In this document: positions 19,051-29,577 of the stretch, one piece after another
Layout: each line of letters opens with the position of its first letter
Numbering within the stretch: position 1 is the first letter of the stretch
From: Candidatus Nomurabacteria bacterium
Lineage (GTDB): Bacteria; Patescibacteriota; Minisyncoccia; Phycocordibacterales; UBA9973
Reading direction: 5' to 3'
Length of the DNA: 64,000 nucleotides
Assembly: GCA_025361085.1 (NCBI GenBank)
Contig: JANYAX010000012.1
Span: forward strand, 255 to 64,254
Translations under genes and position numbers: made by a program
The notes under the pieces: model-generated
Database searches by the model: none
What the model was told of the DNA's origin: nothing
What the model saw: the letters and a program-made list of their open reading frames with translations, nothing else

Positions 19051-20781
19051 TTAATACACTTCTTTTTGATAACAACTCTCACAATAGATTATCTCCGGTC
19101 TCTCTGGTGCATACGAGGTCTCGAATTCGTTAGTACAACCAGGTTTCATACAACGTCTGTGCCATAATTTCATAGGGTTAAGTTGCAAAGATCTTTCATG
19201 GTGTCTACAGTTTGGACACAATCTTGGAAGCGGTATATTTATCTGCCTGTAAAAATTCAATTCTTGTTGAGTAATTTTAAAAGCGGTTGTACACCCTTGT
19301 TTACATTTTCCTAGATGCGCACAAGCGATAATATCATTTAAGATAGAATCATCAACATCATTTATATGATCAGGAATATCTTCAGTTTTCTTTGTGATAA
19401 CGTAATTCCTTTCTATTTCATTCATAAAATGGTAGCCATTTCTTTCGATTTCACTTTTTTCTAGTGGAATATATTCTTGAGCGAAAGTTTCATTATAGGC
19501 AAAAGGGGAAAGCTCCGCAGGAAAAAATTCACCATATTTATAAATAATTCCACGAGAATCCTTATAAGGGAATGAATCCATTTCTCTAATTATCTTATCT
19601 TTGAGCACATAGTATTCTTCTTTTGTATATTGTTTATTTAAAATACAATAATCCTTACTACGCATACAAATACAACCAAAAAGTTCTTGAGAGGACATAC
19701 AAATGTCAGAATATGTTATATCCCTAGAAAACCAACATGTGGTAGAAAATAGTTTATTATAATTTTTTTCTATATTGGCACTTTCGTATAATAACTCAGA
19801 ATTGTCAGCGTGACTGAAATCATAACTATCTTTAATATTTGAACAAAAAGATGCATATTTTAAATTTTCTGATTTTATAACAAAGAAACAGTTATGAGAA
19901 TTTTTTGTCTCAACCAACTCATCACCATCAGAGTTAACACACATAATCGTTCTAGCAAAACGCCGTGGCAATGTTAATGATAAATCTTTTGTGTCTTTTT
20001 TTAATTTTTCTAACACGGAGAAAGAACCAAGCCCTTCCCTTTTCACTTTATATTCTTCCGGTGAAATTAGTTGATTAAGATAATGATATTTTTTGTTTCT
20101 TAAGTTAATACAACCTAGGCAATTGCTGATATTTTTACAATCTACCGCGACTGTGCTTTCAAGTACATTTTCACAATTCTCTACAAAATTAGTTTTGAAC
20201 CCTTTTGAACTTTGAATATTTTCATAGCAAAGATTAGATTCCTGCATACCAAAACAATCTTGAGAATTTTTTGATTTGAATGTTCTGTAAATATAAGCGC
20301 AGTCTTCGTCTTTATCACACCCAACAGCAAAATAACAATTTTTCAATCCCCCTGAATAATTTACATAATTACAATCTACATTACTTTCTGCTATTAATTC
20401 CGGTCTTGGTACAGTCAACATAAGCTCATGCCATTGTTCAAAAAAAGATTTAGATGGATCATAATCCTTGCCAAAGGAACGTGCATCCCAAGCGTCAGAC
20501 CACCAACATTTATTACAATAAACAGGAAAAGGCGACTTTTCTGAATGCACAGATATTATATTTTCTTTACATAAATCACAGGTACGCTTATATAGATAAC
20601 GTTCATTACGAAATGCCATACGACGCTGAAATCTACACTCCGGACAGAACGTTGGCGCTGGAACTTTGATTTTTTCATAAAATGAAAAATCATCAGACTC
20701 GATTGTGAAATCTTTTTTACAATTCTGGCATACCCGTAGTGAGCTTGTCGAATCTATTCTACTTTCTGATTTGTATTCCAT
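19051..20781 (-). CDS. Cys-rich CPR-type hypothetical protein (zinc-ribbon motifs plus beta-helix-like repeats)
   Basis: CQNC, CPEC.FQRR, CDLC, YCNKCWWSD, LCPNCRH, YCESCYQKEVY; start taken at MEYKSE. Confidence 0.75.
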   Translation of the reverse strand: MEYKSESRIDSTSSLRVCQNCKKDFTIESDDFSFYEKIKVPAPTFCPECRFQRRMAFRNERYLYKRTCDLCKENIISVHSEKSPFPVYCNKCWWSDAWDARSFGKDYDPSKSFFEQWHELMLTVPRPELIAESNVDCNYVNYSGGLKNCYFAVGCDKDEDCAYIYRTFKSKNSQDCFGMQESNLCYENIQSSKGFKTNFVENCENVLESTVAVDCKNISNCLGCINLRNKKYHYLNQLISPEEYKVKREGLGSFSVLEKLKKDTKDLSLTLPRRFARTIMCVNSDGDELVETKNSHNCFFVIKSENLKYASFCSNIKDSYDFSHADNSELLYESANIEKNYNKLFSTTCWFSRDITYSDICMSSQELFGCICMRSKDYCILNKQYTKEEYYVLKDKIIREMDSFPYKDSRGIIYKYGEFFPAELSPFAYNETFAQEYIPLEKSEIERNGYHFMNEIERNYVITKKTEDIPDHINDVDDSILNDIIACAHLGKCKQGCTTAFKITQQELNFYRQINIPLPRLCPNCRHHERSLQLNPMKLWHRRCMKPGCTNEFETSYAPERPEIIYCESCYQKEVY

Positions 20782-20873
20782 GTTTTTACAACTTGGCATA
20801 TTTACGCCATGGCATAAATATGCCAAGTTAATTAATGCTAAACTATTTTATCTTTGTTGCTGTTTTTTACTTT

Positions 20874-21593
20874 TTACCCTTTGGGATATTTTTCTATTGC
20901 TAATTTTTTGCATTCTTCGAGAATTTGTATTTCATCGTCGTGAACTAGTGGTTCCTCACGAATAAATTCTGCTACAGTACCATTTGTAAAATCGCGAAGT
21001 GTTTCGATTTGAACCTCGTGTTCAATGGGGAGAACTCGCGCTTTCAGACTCTCTGCTGTGTCGCTCGGAAAAATTGTAACCTGTTTTTGCTTTACGATTT
21101 TCCCCTCATCGAATCTTGCCGTGACCATGTGCGCCGTCGCTTCAGTCCAAAAATCACGATTAGTTTTTTGAACAAAAGAAAGTCTAGCTTGGTGAACTCG
21201 CATTCCGTACATTCCGATTCCCCCGAAATCAGGTCGCCCCGTATCAAGCGGGCCAGGGTGTTGATTTACAATCATTCCCTCGTATTTCTGGCAAACATTT
21301 TCAGGAGTTTTTGCAAGCCAACCATACTGACCAATAAAATCAATATTTCTTTTTTCACACTCTTTTATTATCGCTTCACCGAATGCCTCTGGAGTCACAA
21401 AATCTCTTGGTTTGATTACTAAAATATCTTCATCTTTTATTCCAAGATTTCGTGCTTTCTCTATTCCACCAGCATTTTCACGACTAGCTATCACAAGTGA
21501 TGGTTCGACATCTTTTAAATCACCACTCAGGCAAGCTTTGATGATTGATGCCATTGTTGTCCCTCCTCCTGAGATAAGTAAAGCGATTCGCAT
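20874..21593 (-). CDS. purN: GAR transformylase
   Basis: LISGGGTTM, VNQHPGPL, GMYGMRVHQ, FDEGKIV. Confidence 0.92.
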   Translation of the reverse strand: MRIALLISGGGTTMASIIKACLSGDLKDVEPSLVIASRENAGGIEKARNLGIKDEDILVIKPRDFVTPEAFGEAIIKECEKRNIDFIGQYGWLAKTPENVCQKYEGMIVNQHPGPLDTGRPDFGGIGMYGMRVHQARLSFVQKTNRDFWTEATAHMVTARFDEGKIVKQKQVTIFPSDTAESLKARVLPIEHEVQIETLRDFTNGTVAEFIREEPLVHDDEIQILEECKKLAIEKYPKG

Positions 21594-21596
21594 AAA

Positions 21597-23000
21597 TTAA
21601 TCCTTAAATTTTAAACTGTCATATTTAATTTCTTTTTCATGTTCAAAAATAGGTAATGGATATTCTCCATTGAAGGCTGAAAGACAAAATACTTTTTTCG
21701 GTAAACCGGTAGCTTTGACCATTCCATCAACAGAAAGATATGAGAGTGAAGTTGCTCCTATAAATTTACAAATTTCTTTTATAGTTTTCTGCGAAGCGAT
21801 TAGATTTTCTTGTTTTGGAGTATCAATACCGTAAAAATCTGGGAATTTAACTGGCGCTGAAGCTACCATAAAATGAACCTCTTTTGCACCAGCATCAAAA
21901 AGCATTTTGACTATTGGTTTTGAAGTTGTTCCTCTAACAACAGAATCATCTATTATCCCTACACGCTTTCCTTTAACAACACTTCGAAGGACAGATAATT
22001 TCATTTTTAATTTTTCATCACGACCAGTTTGAGCGGGCTCGATAAAAGTACGATGAATGTAACGATTTTTATTAAGTGCAAGTTCAAGCGGAACACCAGA
22101 CGCTTGAGAGTAGCCGATAGCTGAAGGGATCGAAGTTTCTGGAACAGGGACAACAATATCAATTTTAATTTTAGGATGCTCTTCGAAAAGCATCTTTCCA
22201 AAATTTTTACGCACTTGGTAAACCGACTTACCCAAAACAGTACAATCATGGCGTGAGAAATATACAAACTCAAAAATATCAAATTTTGGTTCAGCTCTGG
22301 CTAAAATTTTACTTTTTATTCCATTTTTTGAAATCGTAATCATTTCTCCTGGCAACACTTCTCGCAAAAGATCTGCGCCAATAGCACGAAATGCACACGT
22401 TTCAGAGGCAACGATTGTTTCTTTACCATTTTTCCCTATCACAAGAGGGCGAATACCTCGCGGATCACGAAATGCGACCAATTCTTTATGAGACAATGCC
22501 ACACATGAGAATGCTCCAGTGAAAAGTGGGTACGAAAGTGTTACAGCCTCCGGCAAACTCTTTCCTTTCTTCATATAGAAACCGATTGCTTTGGCCATTA
22601 GTTCAGAATCTGAATTTTCCTCAGTTGATATTTTATTTTTTTTCAAAAATTCTAATAACGCTTTCGTACTTGGAAGATTCCCATTGTGTGCAAAAGCAAC
22701 TGTATTATTTATTATTGTTGGTTGAGCATGGTCGGTTGTAGACCCACGTGAAGTAGAATAACGATTGTGCCCTATTGCCGAGGAACCAACTAATTTTTTC
22801 AAAATTTCTTCTGTATAAACCTGGCTAACAAGTCCAGAATTTTTATAAGAAAATATTTTCTTGCCATCGGTTGTTGCAATACCAGTCTGTTCTTGACCTC
22901 TGTGCTGAAGAGCAAAAAGACCAAAATATGCTTGGCGCGAAGCTATTTCTGGGGCATTAAAGATACCGAAAACTGCGCATTTTTCATTTAAATCTCTCAT
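21597..23000 (-). CDS. purF: Amidophosphoribosyltransferase
   Basis: EKCAVFG, LQHRGQE, GHNRYST, IDDSVVRGTT. Confidence 0.97.
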   Translation of the reverse strand: MRDLNEKCAVFGIFNAPEIASRQAYFGLFALQHRGQEQTGIATTDGKKIFSYKNSGLVSQVYTEEILKKLVGSSAIGHNRYSTSRGSTTDHAQPTIINNTVAFAHNGNLPSTKALLEFLKKNKISTEENSDSELMAKAIGFYMKKGKSLPEAVTLSYPLFTGAFSCVALSHKELVAFRDPRGIRPLVIGKNGKETIVASETCAFRAIGADLLREVLPGEMITISKNGIKSKILARAEPKFDIFEFVYFSRHDCTVLGKSVYQVRKNFGKMLFEEHPKIKIDIVVPVPETSIPSAIGYSQASGVPLELALNKNRYIHRTFIEPAQTGRDEKLKMKLSVLRSVVKGKRVGIIDDSVVRGTTSKPIVKMLFDAGAKEVHFMVASAPVKFPDFYGIDTPKQENLIASQKTIKEICKFIGATSLSYLSVDGMVKATGLPKKVFCLSAFNGEYPLPIFEHEKEIKYDSLKFKD

Positions 23001-23002
23001 TT

Positions 23003-23797
23003 TTATTTATTGAAATAATTAATTGCATTTTTAAATATAACAAACCCTGGACCATCAATTGGAAGCTTTATTTTACCATTTGAAGATTTTCTTTTCAAAA
23101 CTTCTTTTTGAAGTTGCCAATCTGGTCTGTGATGGAAGAATTGTGCGCGTTCTGGGTGTGGCATCAAACCCAAAACTCTCCCCTCGTGTGATAAGACTCC
23201 CGCGATATCGTGCATTGCTCCGTTTGGATTCGCTTCTAGATTTTGATATTTGCAAATATCTCCTTTGGTATAAGTAAGAGCTATCTCACCATTCTTTTTC
23301 ATTTCATTATATTTTTCATCTTCAATGATGTATCTGCCTTCACCATGAGCAATCGGCAACGACAAACTTTTCACCCCGACAAGCCATGGACTTTTACCTG
23401 TGCATTTTAGATCAACCCATCTGACAGTATATTGAGCGCTAGTGTTGTGAGAAAGAGCTCCGGGAAGTAAACCAAGATTGGTAATGATTTGAAAACCATT
23501 ACAAATACCAATGATCAAAGTATCTCGTTCAACAAATTCCTTTAATTCTTTTGATAAATGATTTCTCATTTTATTAGCAAAAGCTTTTCCGCTTCCTGTG
23601 TCATCCCCATAAGAGAATCCGCCTGGGAATGCAAGTATTTGATACTTTGAAAATTGTTTCGGATTGGCTATCAAATCATTAATATGAACAATATCAGCTT
23701 CTCCTCCAGCACGGTCAAAAGCAAGTTTTGTTTCTTCTTCACAATTTATTCCATAACCAGATAAAACTAAAACTTTTGGATTATTTTTAGTAGTCAT
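23003..23797 (-). CDS. purQ: FGAM synthase glutaminase subunit
   Basis: GINCEEET, PGGFSYGD, GICNGFQ, MPHPER. Confidence 0.96.
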   Translation of the reverse strand: MTTKNNPKVLVLSGYGINCEEETKLAFDRAGGEADIVHINDLIANPKQFSKYQILAFPGGFSYGDDTGSGKAFANKMRNHLSKELKEFVERDTLIIGICNGFQIITNLGLLPGALSHNTSAQYTVRWVDLKCTGKSPWLVGVKSLSLPIAHGEGRYIIEDEKYNEMKKNGEIALTYTKGDICKYQNLEANPNGAMHDIAGVLSHEGRVLGLMPHPERAQFFHHRPDWQLQKEVLKRKSSNGKIKLPIDGPGFVIFKNAINYFNK

Positions 23798-23798
23798 A

Positions 23799-26774
23799 TT
23801 ATTGAGAGAGCTTTCGAGAAAAGCTATGGTAAGATTTTGCTAATTTTTCGACGTCTTCATTTATTATTTTTTTATTTCCATCTTTAATAACGAACTTTTT
23901 ATTATTCGACACTGTCCCAATTTTTGAAATGGTAATTCCTCCCACCGTCTTTTCAAAAATCTTGGTATCTTTCTTCGCCACTGTTACAACGATTCTTCCC
24001 TGACTTTCAGAGAATAGTTTTTCATCAACTTTTTTAGCATCACCTTTAATTTTTTTAAGATCAACGTCACACCCAAGTCCTCCGCCGATGGCCGATTTGG
24101 CTAATGATGTTGCTAACCCACCCGAACCAACAGAGATAGAAGAAACAATAAGCCCTTTTTGTATAGCTTTTTCAATGGCTAAATATGTTTTCTTATTTTT
24201 CTTCCAATCAACTTTCGGAATATTATTACCAATATTGTCCGGATTATTTTTTGCAAGAATTTTATAATATTCTGAAGCTCCAAGTTCATTATTTGTCTCT
24301 CCTAGAATATAAATAACGTCGCCAGCAATTTTGAATTCGGGGGTTACAACTTTATTTATATCAGGAACAATTCCAATCGTCGAAATTAAAAGTGTTGGAG
24401 GAATAGAAATCGAAACCTGATTCCCTTTTTCATCATAACCACGAAAATCATTAAACATGCTATCTTTACCAGAAATAAATGGCGTTCCATATCCGACAGC
24501 ATAATCATAACTTGCTCGAACCGCATCTATCAATTGAGCAAGGCGATTTTTGTCATAAGAAGAACACCAACAGAAGTTATCAAGTATAGCGAGCTTCGAC
24601 AAAACTCCACCAGAAGCGACAGCGTTTCGTATTGCCGTATCGATAGCGCACCCAGCCATGTCATAAGTACTAATGTCAGAATATGAAGGATAAATCCCGA
24701 TTGATAAAATTACCCCCTTGTCAGATGTAGGAACTGGACGAATAACTTGAGCATCGGTGTTCAACCAGCCACGACCTGAGAGTGGCTTGATAACAGAATT
24801 TGCTTGAACTTCGTGATCATATTGTTTCGAAATAAAATCAAACCCGGCAATATTACCATTACCCAAAAGTTCTTCTAAAATTTTCTCATAAGAAATATTT
24901 TTAGGAATAATCGGGGAATAATTTTCTGCTTTGGTCATTTCCGAAACCAAATGTCTCTCCGGTAAACCATTATGTAAGAAATCCATCGGCATATGCATGA
25001 TTGTTTTACCGTGATATTTGACGACACAATCACCAGAACCAGTAAATTCTCCAATTACAGTTGCTTCCACTCCTCGCGAAATCATTAATTTTTCAAATTC
25101 TTTCCAATTTTTCTTGGGAACAGAAAGCGTCATACGCTCCTGTGATTCTGAAATCCAAATCTGCCAAGGAAGTAACCCTGGATATTTCAATGGAACTTTT
25201 TCAAGTTGAACAATTGCTCCACCAGACTCTTTGGCCATTTCGGCGACAGAACAAGAAATACCTCCTGCTCCGTTGTCTGTGATACTACTATATAATTCTC
25301 TGTCTCTGGCTTCTTTGACGATAGCATCACTTAACTTTTTTTGTGTTATTGGGTCACCTATCTGAACGGCAGTTGCAGGAGAAGATGAATCCATAACAAC
25401 CGAAGAAAATGTTGCACCGTGAATCCCATCCGCTCCAACTCTCCCACCAATCACTACTATATAATCTCCTTTCTGGGCACACTTTTCATGAGATAATTTC
25501 CCATTTATTTTTCGAGGAATTAAACCGACAGTCCCCACAAAGACAAGCGGTTTACCACGGTAACGATCATCGTAGCGAGTAAAACCTGAAATTGTTGGGA
25601 TACCAGAACAATTACCTCCGACATTAACTCCACGAATAACTCCGTCCATAATTCTTCTTGGCGAAAGCATTTTCTGAGCGAGATTTTTATCACGGAATAA
25701 TAATCTTTCATCATCTGGGAAACCAAAACAGAAACCATAAGCATTTGCGATCGGCTTTGCCCCCATACCGAAACCGATAGTGTCGCGATTCACTCCCACG
25801 ATACCAGTAATAGCTCCGCCAAAAGGGTCAAGTGCCGAAGGGCTGTTGTGAGTTTCAACCTTGTGCGTGACCATATAATCTTTATCAAAAACAATTCCAC
25901 CTGAATTATCAGAAAAAACTGAAAGGCAAAAATCATCTTTCCCTTTTTGCTTACGAATCAGATTTGTGGCCCCTTTTATATATGTTTTATACAAACCATC
26001 TTTTATCTCATCTATCGAATTAGAAAAAATAGTATGCTTGCAATGCTCACTCCATGTCTGAGCCAAAGATTCAAGCTCGATATCGGTGGGCTCTCTTTTA
26101 ATCTTTTTAAAATAATCCTGAATAATTTTCATCGATTCGAGATCGAGAGCAAGCGGTCCACGTCTTATACCATTTGGACTTTTTATACCAAGTTTGCCGA
26201 TATTTATAAGTTCTTCATCAGAGACATTAAGTGAAACAGTGACAACATCTTTTTGTTTAGGGAGAACAACTTTAGGAATATATTTCGAAAGTCCTTCTTT
26301 TTTTATTTTGGGTGTTATTTTTATTATTTGAGATCTTTCAATCAAGGGGTTATGCAGAGACAGAGCAATTATTTCTAAATCATGCTGGTTTAAATTCCCT
26401 GAAATAAAAAATAATTTTGAAGTATAAACAGCTTCGTCTTTTTTAAATGGTCTTCTTAGTCCATCAGTAATCTCTTCCATTACTGTTTTAGCTACATTGT
26501 CTGTAACTCCAGGAGCAAAACCTATCTCAATAACATAAGAAAAACCCGACAATTTGGGCATTTTATTTACACTGAAATTCTCTAAATTTTTATTAACCAA
26601 AAGCTCTGCTGATTTAACAAGTTCTGGCTTTGCGAGACTAGCGCTAATAATATATGAATCAACCAATAGAACTTCTTTAACTTGCCCCGAAAGGCCCAAA
26701 CTATTAAAAGACTTTTTAGTAATATTTCCTCTACTATCTTCCCCTTTTGGAACTATATATATACGAGAAATCAT
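23799..26774 (-). CDS. purL: FGAM synthase PurL with N-terminal PurS-like extension
   Basis: WSEHCKH, ETHNSPS, DGIHGATFSS, SESQERM, ISGKDS. Confidence 0.95.
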   Translation of the reverse strand: MISRIYIVPKGEDSRGNITKKSFNSLGLSGQVKEVLLVDSYIISASLAKPELVKSAELLVNKNLENFSVNKMPKLSGFSYVIEIGFAPGVTDNVAKTVMEEITDGLRRPFKKDEAVYTSKLFFISGNLNQHDLEIIALSLHNPLIERSQIIKITPKIKKEGLSKYIPKVVLPKQKDVVTVSLNVSDEELINIGKLGIKSPNGIRRGPLALDLESMKIIQDYFKKIKREPTDIELESLAQTWSEHCKHTIFSNSIDEIKDGLYKTYIKGATNLIRKQKGKDDFCLSVFSDNSGGIVFDKDYMVTHKVETHNSPSALDPFGGAITGIVGVNRDTIGFGMGAKPIANAYGFCFGFPDDERLLFRDKNLAQKMLSPRRIMDGVIRGVNVGGNCSGIPTISGFTRYDDRYRGKPLVFVGTVGLIPRKINGKLSHEKCAQKGDYIVVIGGRVGADGIHGATFSSVVMDSSSPATAVQIGDPITQKKLSDAIVKEARDRELYSSITDNGAGGISCSVAEMAKESGGAIVQLEKVPLKYPGLLPWQIWISESQERMTLSVPKKNWKEFEKLMISRGVEATVIGEFTGSGDCVVKYHGKTIMHMPMDFLHNGLPERHLVSEMTKAENYSPIIPKNISYEKILEELLGNGNIAGFDFISKQYDHEVQANSVIKPLSGRGWLNTDAQVIRPVPTSDKGVILSIGIYPSYSDISTYDMAGCAIDTAIRNAVASGGVLSKLAILDNFCWCSSYDKNRLAQLIDAVRASYDYAVGYGTPFISGKDSMFNDFRGYDEKGNQVSISIPPTLLISTIGIVPDINKVVTPEFKIAGDVIYILGETNNELGASEYYKILAKNNPDNIGNNIPKVDWKKNKKTYLAIEKAIQKGLIVSSISVGSGGLATSLAKSAIGGGLGCDVDLKKIKGDAKKVDEKLFSESQGRIVVTVAKKDTKIFEKTVGGITISKIGTVSNNKKFVIKDGNKKIINEDVEKLAKSYHSFSRKLSQ

Positions 26775-26815
26775 ATACTCATATTATGATATTTTTGAAA
26801 TAAAGACAAACATGA

Positions 26816-26850
26816 GAAAGCCCGTTTTGGCTTCGCCAAAACGGGCTTTC
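26816..26850. terminator. Hairpin terminator after the DUF378 gene
   Basis: GAAAGCCCGTTTTGGC-ttc-GCCAAAACGGGCTTTC. Confidence 0.7.
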
Positions 26851-26867
26851 AAAGTGTTAAAAAACAA

Positions 26868-27131
26868 TTACATTGGGTTACTTGATGGTGTACTTGGAGC
26901 ACTTGCTGGCATTTCTTTCTTTACACACTTCTCACAACACTTACAATCCTTCTTGTGAGTTGCAATTAAATATATTGCAGATAATCCAACTAGTATATAT
27001 ATAACTCTTGAGATAAAAGCTGTTGGTCCTCCGAAGATAACACCAATATCCCATGAAAGTAGACCAACTAATAACCAGTTCAAACCTCCGATTATCACCA
27101 AAGTGGATGCTAAACAATGAGTTGATTTCAT
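26868..27131 (-). CDS. DUF378 small membrane protein
   Basis: LVIIGGLNWLLVGL and SRVIYILVGLSA. Confidence 0.85.
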   Translation of the reverse strand: MKSTHCLASTLVIIGGLNWLLVGLLSWDIGVIFGGPTAFISRVIYILVGLSAIYLIATHKKDCKCCEKCVKKEMPASAPSTPSSNPM

Positions 27132-27232
27132 ATTACATTTTTCATCTAAATTAATAATTTCGACACTAGAACCATTGTGTATTTATTATACCAAATCGTG
27201 AGATTTTTAATAGTAAACATTTGTGTTAAAAT

Positions 27233-28618
27233 ATGAATATTATGCACAATAAACAAAGAATTAATGTTTCTGGATATAGAGGTCTTTGGGGTGAAAGTCT
27301 TAATAAAGAAGTAGTTGTTTTATACACTCGCGCTCTTGTGTCATTTCTAAAAGAGAAATACCCTATACCCAAAATACTGATAGGCAGAGATGGCCGAGAA
27401 AGCGGACCAGAGATTCGAGCATTAATTCTAAGCGAGTTGAAAAATCTAGGAGCTGAAGGAATCGATGGAGATATACTTCCAACGCCGACTGTTTTATTTT
27501 CTGTTCGTAAATATGAATACTCCGGAGCAATAATAATAACTGCTTCCCATAATCCAATAGAATATAACGGGTTGAAATTTGTAAATAGTAAAGGATTGTT
27601 CACCATAAAAGAAGAAGCTGACCAAATAAATAAATACTATGAAGAAGAAATAGAAAAATATAACAAAGGTGAATCTCCTATTATTACAAACTCTCAAGAA
27701 TCAAATAGCAACACTATGCCAAACTTTTTACGTGAACACACAGACAAAATCATCGAGAATGTGAACGTGGAAGCAATCAGAGCAAAAAAGTTTCGTGTTG
27801 TTGTCGATATGATCAACGCTTCTGCTTGCGTGATGGACCCATATCTTTTTGAATGTCTTGGGGTAGAAATTATCCCATTAAACAATATCCCTAACGGTAA
27901 ATTCGGACACCGCCCAGAACCACTTCGTGAAAATCTTCTAGGAACAGAAAAAGTGGCCAAGGAATCGAAAGCTGATCTCGGATTTATCCACGATCCTGAT
28001 GCTGATCGATTAGTAGTGATAAATGAAAAAGGTGAAGTCATTTCTGAAGAATTTTCTATAGCTCTAGCAATCGAAAATATTATGTCTAAAAACCAAGGCA
28101 GAAATATTGTCCTAAACTTATCCTCTTCAAGAAAAGGGGAAGATATTGCAATTAAATACGGCGGAAAATGTTTCCGCTCAAAAGTCGGTGAAGGTTTTGT
28201 TGTTGAAAAAATGATTGAATATAATGCGATTATTGGTGGTGAGGGTAACGGCGGAGTTATCTATCCAACAATCAATATATGCCGAGATAGTTTTGTAGGA
28301 ATTGCACTTATCCTTGAACTTTTGGCAGAAAGAAATAAAACAGTAAGTGAAATTACAAATGAAATACCAACTTATTTTATAAAGAAAGACAAATGGCCAA
28401 TCGGGATGGATTTAAAAGAAATGTATTCAAAATTAAAATCAAATTTCCCTGAGGCAAAAGTTGATGAACAAGATGGAATTCGTTTCGACTTCCCCGACAA
28501 TATCTGGCTTCATCTTCGTCCCTCAAATACCGAACCGATAATCAAACTCTTCGGCGAAGCAAAAACACAAAAAGCAATCGATGAGCTTTTCGAAAAAGCC
28601 AAAAAAATGATACTTTAG
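27233..28618 (+). CDS. Alpha-D-phosphohexomutase (GlmM/PMM family)
   Basis: ITASHNP, DPDADR, GGEGNGG, LRPSNTEP. Confidence 0.92.
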   Translation: MNIMHNKQRINVSGYRGLWGESLNKEVVVLYTRALVSFLKEKYPIPKILIGRDGRESGPEIRALILSELKNLGAEGIDGDILPTPTVLFSVRKYEYSGAIIITASHNPIEYNGLKFVNSKGLFTIKEEADQINKYYEEEIEKYNKGESPIITNSQESNSNTMPNFLREHTDKIIENVNVEAIRAKKFRVVVDMINASACVMDPYLFECLGVEIIPLNNIPNGKFGHRPEPLRENLLGTEKVAKESKADLGFIHDPDADRLVVINEKGEVISEEFSIALAIENIMSKNQGRNIVLNLSSSRKGEDIAIKYGGKCFRSKVGEGFVVEKMIEYNAIIGGEGNGGVIYPTINICRDSFVGIALILELLAERNKTVSEITNEIPTYFIKKDKWPIGMDLKEMYSKLKSNFPEAKVDEQDGIRFDFPDNIWLHLRPSNTEPIIKLFGEAKTQKAIDELFEKAKKMIL

Positions 28619-28736
28619 AGGTATTTAGCTCTATTTTTATCAACAATTATTACCTTATTGGGCATATTGCCATATTGTCATATATATGATAATATCTTTT
28701 ATAGGTAGGTAAATCTATTTTCTATCGGACACAAAA

Positions 28737-29276
28737 TTGAGAGAAAGAATAAACAACCAAATACGAGCAAACGAGGTTCGTGTAATCTCAAACGAAGGAG
28801 TTAATCTAGGTGTTTTGAGTATTAAAGAAGCTCTATCCCAAGCGGAAGCTTTGGGTCTCGACTTGATTGAAATTACTCCAAACTCAAATCCTCCGATAGC
28901 AAAAATAGCTGATTATGGTAAGTACAAATACGAGCAAAATAAGAAGCAAAAAAAGGCCAAAGCAGGAGCCAAAACTACAGAAACCAAATCTATTCAAATA
29001 AAGATTGGGACTGGAGATAATGATCTTGCTTTGAAAGCTCGAAAAGCTTCCGAGTGGCTAAAAGAAGGTCATCGAATAAAAGTAGAATTATTTTTATCAG
29101 GACGTTCAAAATATATGCCAGACGCATTTCTAAAAGAACGTCTAGATCGTGTACTTCACCTCATCACCGAAAATTATAAAATAGCAGAAGCTTACAAAAA
29201 GGGTCCAAAAGGTCCAACAATTACAATAGAAAAAGATAAAGTGGCTACAATTGCCCCAATATCTGAAAACAAATAA
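28737..29276 (+). CDS. infC: Translation initiation factor IF-3 (TTG start)
   Basis: RINNQIRANEVRVI, DYGKYKYE; precedes rpmI-rplT. Confidence 0.95.
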   Translation: MRERINNQIRANEVRVISNEGVNLGVLSIKEALSQAEALGLDLIEITPNSNPPIAKIADYGKYKYEQNKKQKKAKAGAKTTETKSIQIKIGTGDNDLALKARKASEWLKEGHRIKVELFLSGRSKYMPDAFLKERLDRVLHLITENYKIAEAYKKGPKGPTITIEKDKVATIAPISENK

Positions 29277-29283
29277 TAAATTT

Positions 29284-29484
29284 ATGAGTATCAAAACAAA
29301 TAAATCATTAACAAAACGTTTAAAGGTTACAAAAAATGGTAAAATATTGGCACGCGCACCTGGATTTAACCATTTCAATGCCAAGCAATCACGAACCAAA
29401 CAATTATCTGGGAGAAAAAGTAACAATTTTTCAATTTCAAATAAGAACGCTCGCACATATCTTGCAACTTCAAAAAATAAATAA
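29284..29484 (+). CDS. rpmI: 50S ribosomal protein L35
   Basis: IKTNKSLTKRLKVTKNGK; synteny. Confidence 0.92.
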   Translation: MSIKTNKSLTKRLKVTKNGKILARAPGFNHFNAKQSRTKQLSGRKSNNFSISNKNARTYLATSKNK

Positions 29485-29577
29485 TTAAAATATTAATAAA
29501 TTATAAACCAGAGGTCTGACCTAGGGACAAATTCTTTTAAAAAAGACCCAAAGTTCGACCTCTGGACAAATATCAAC

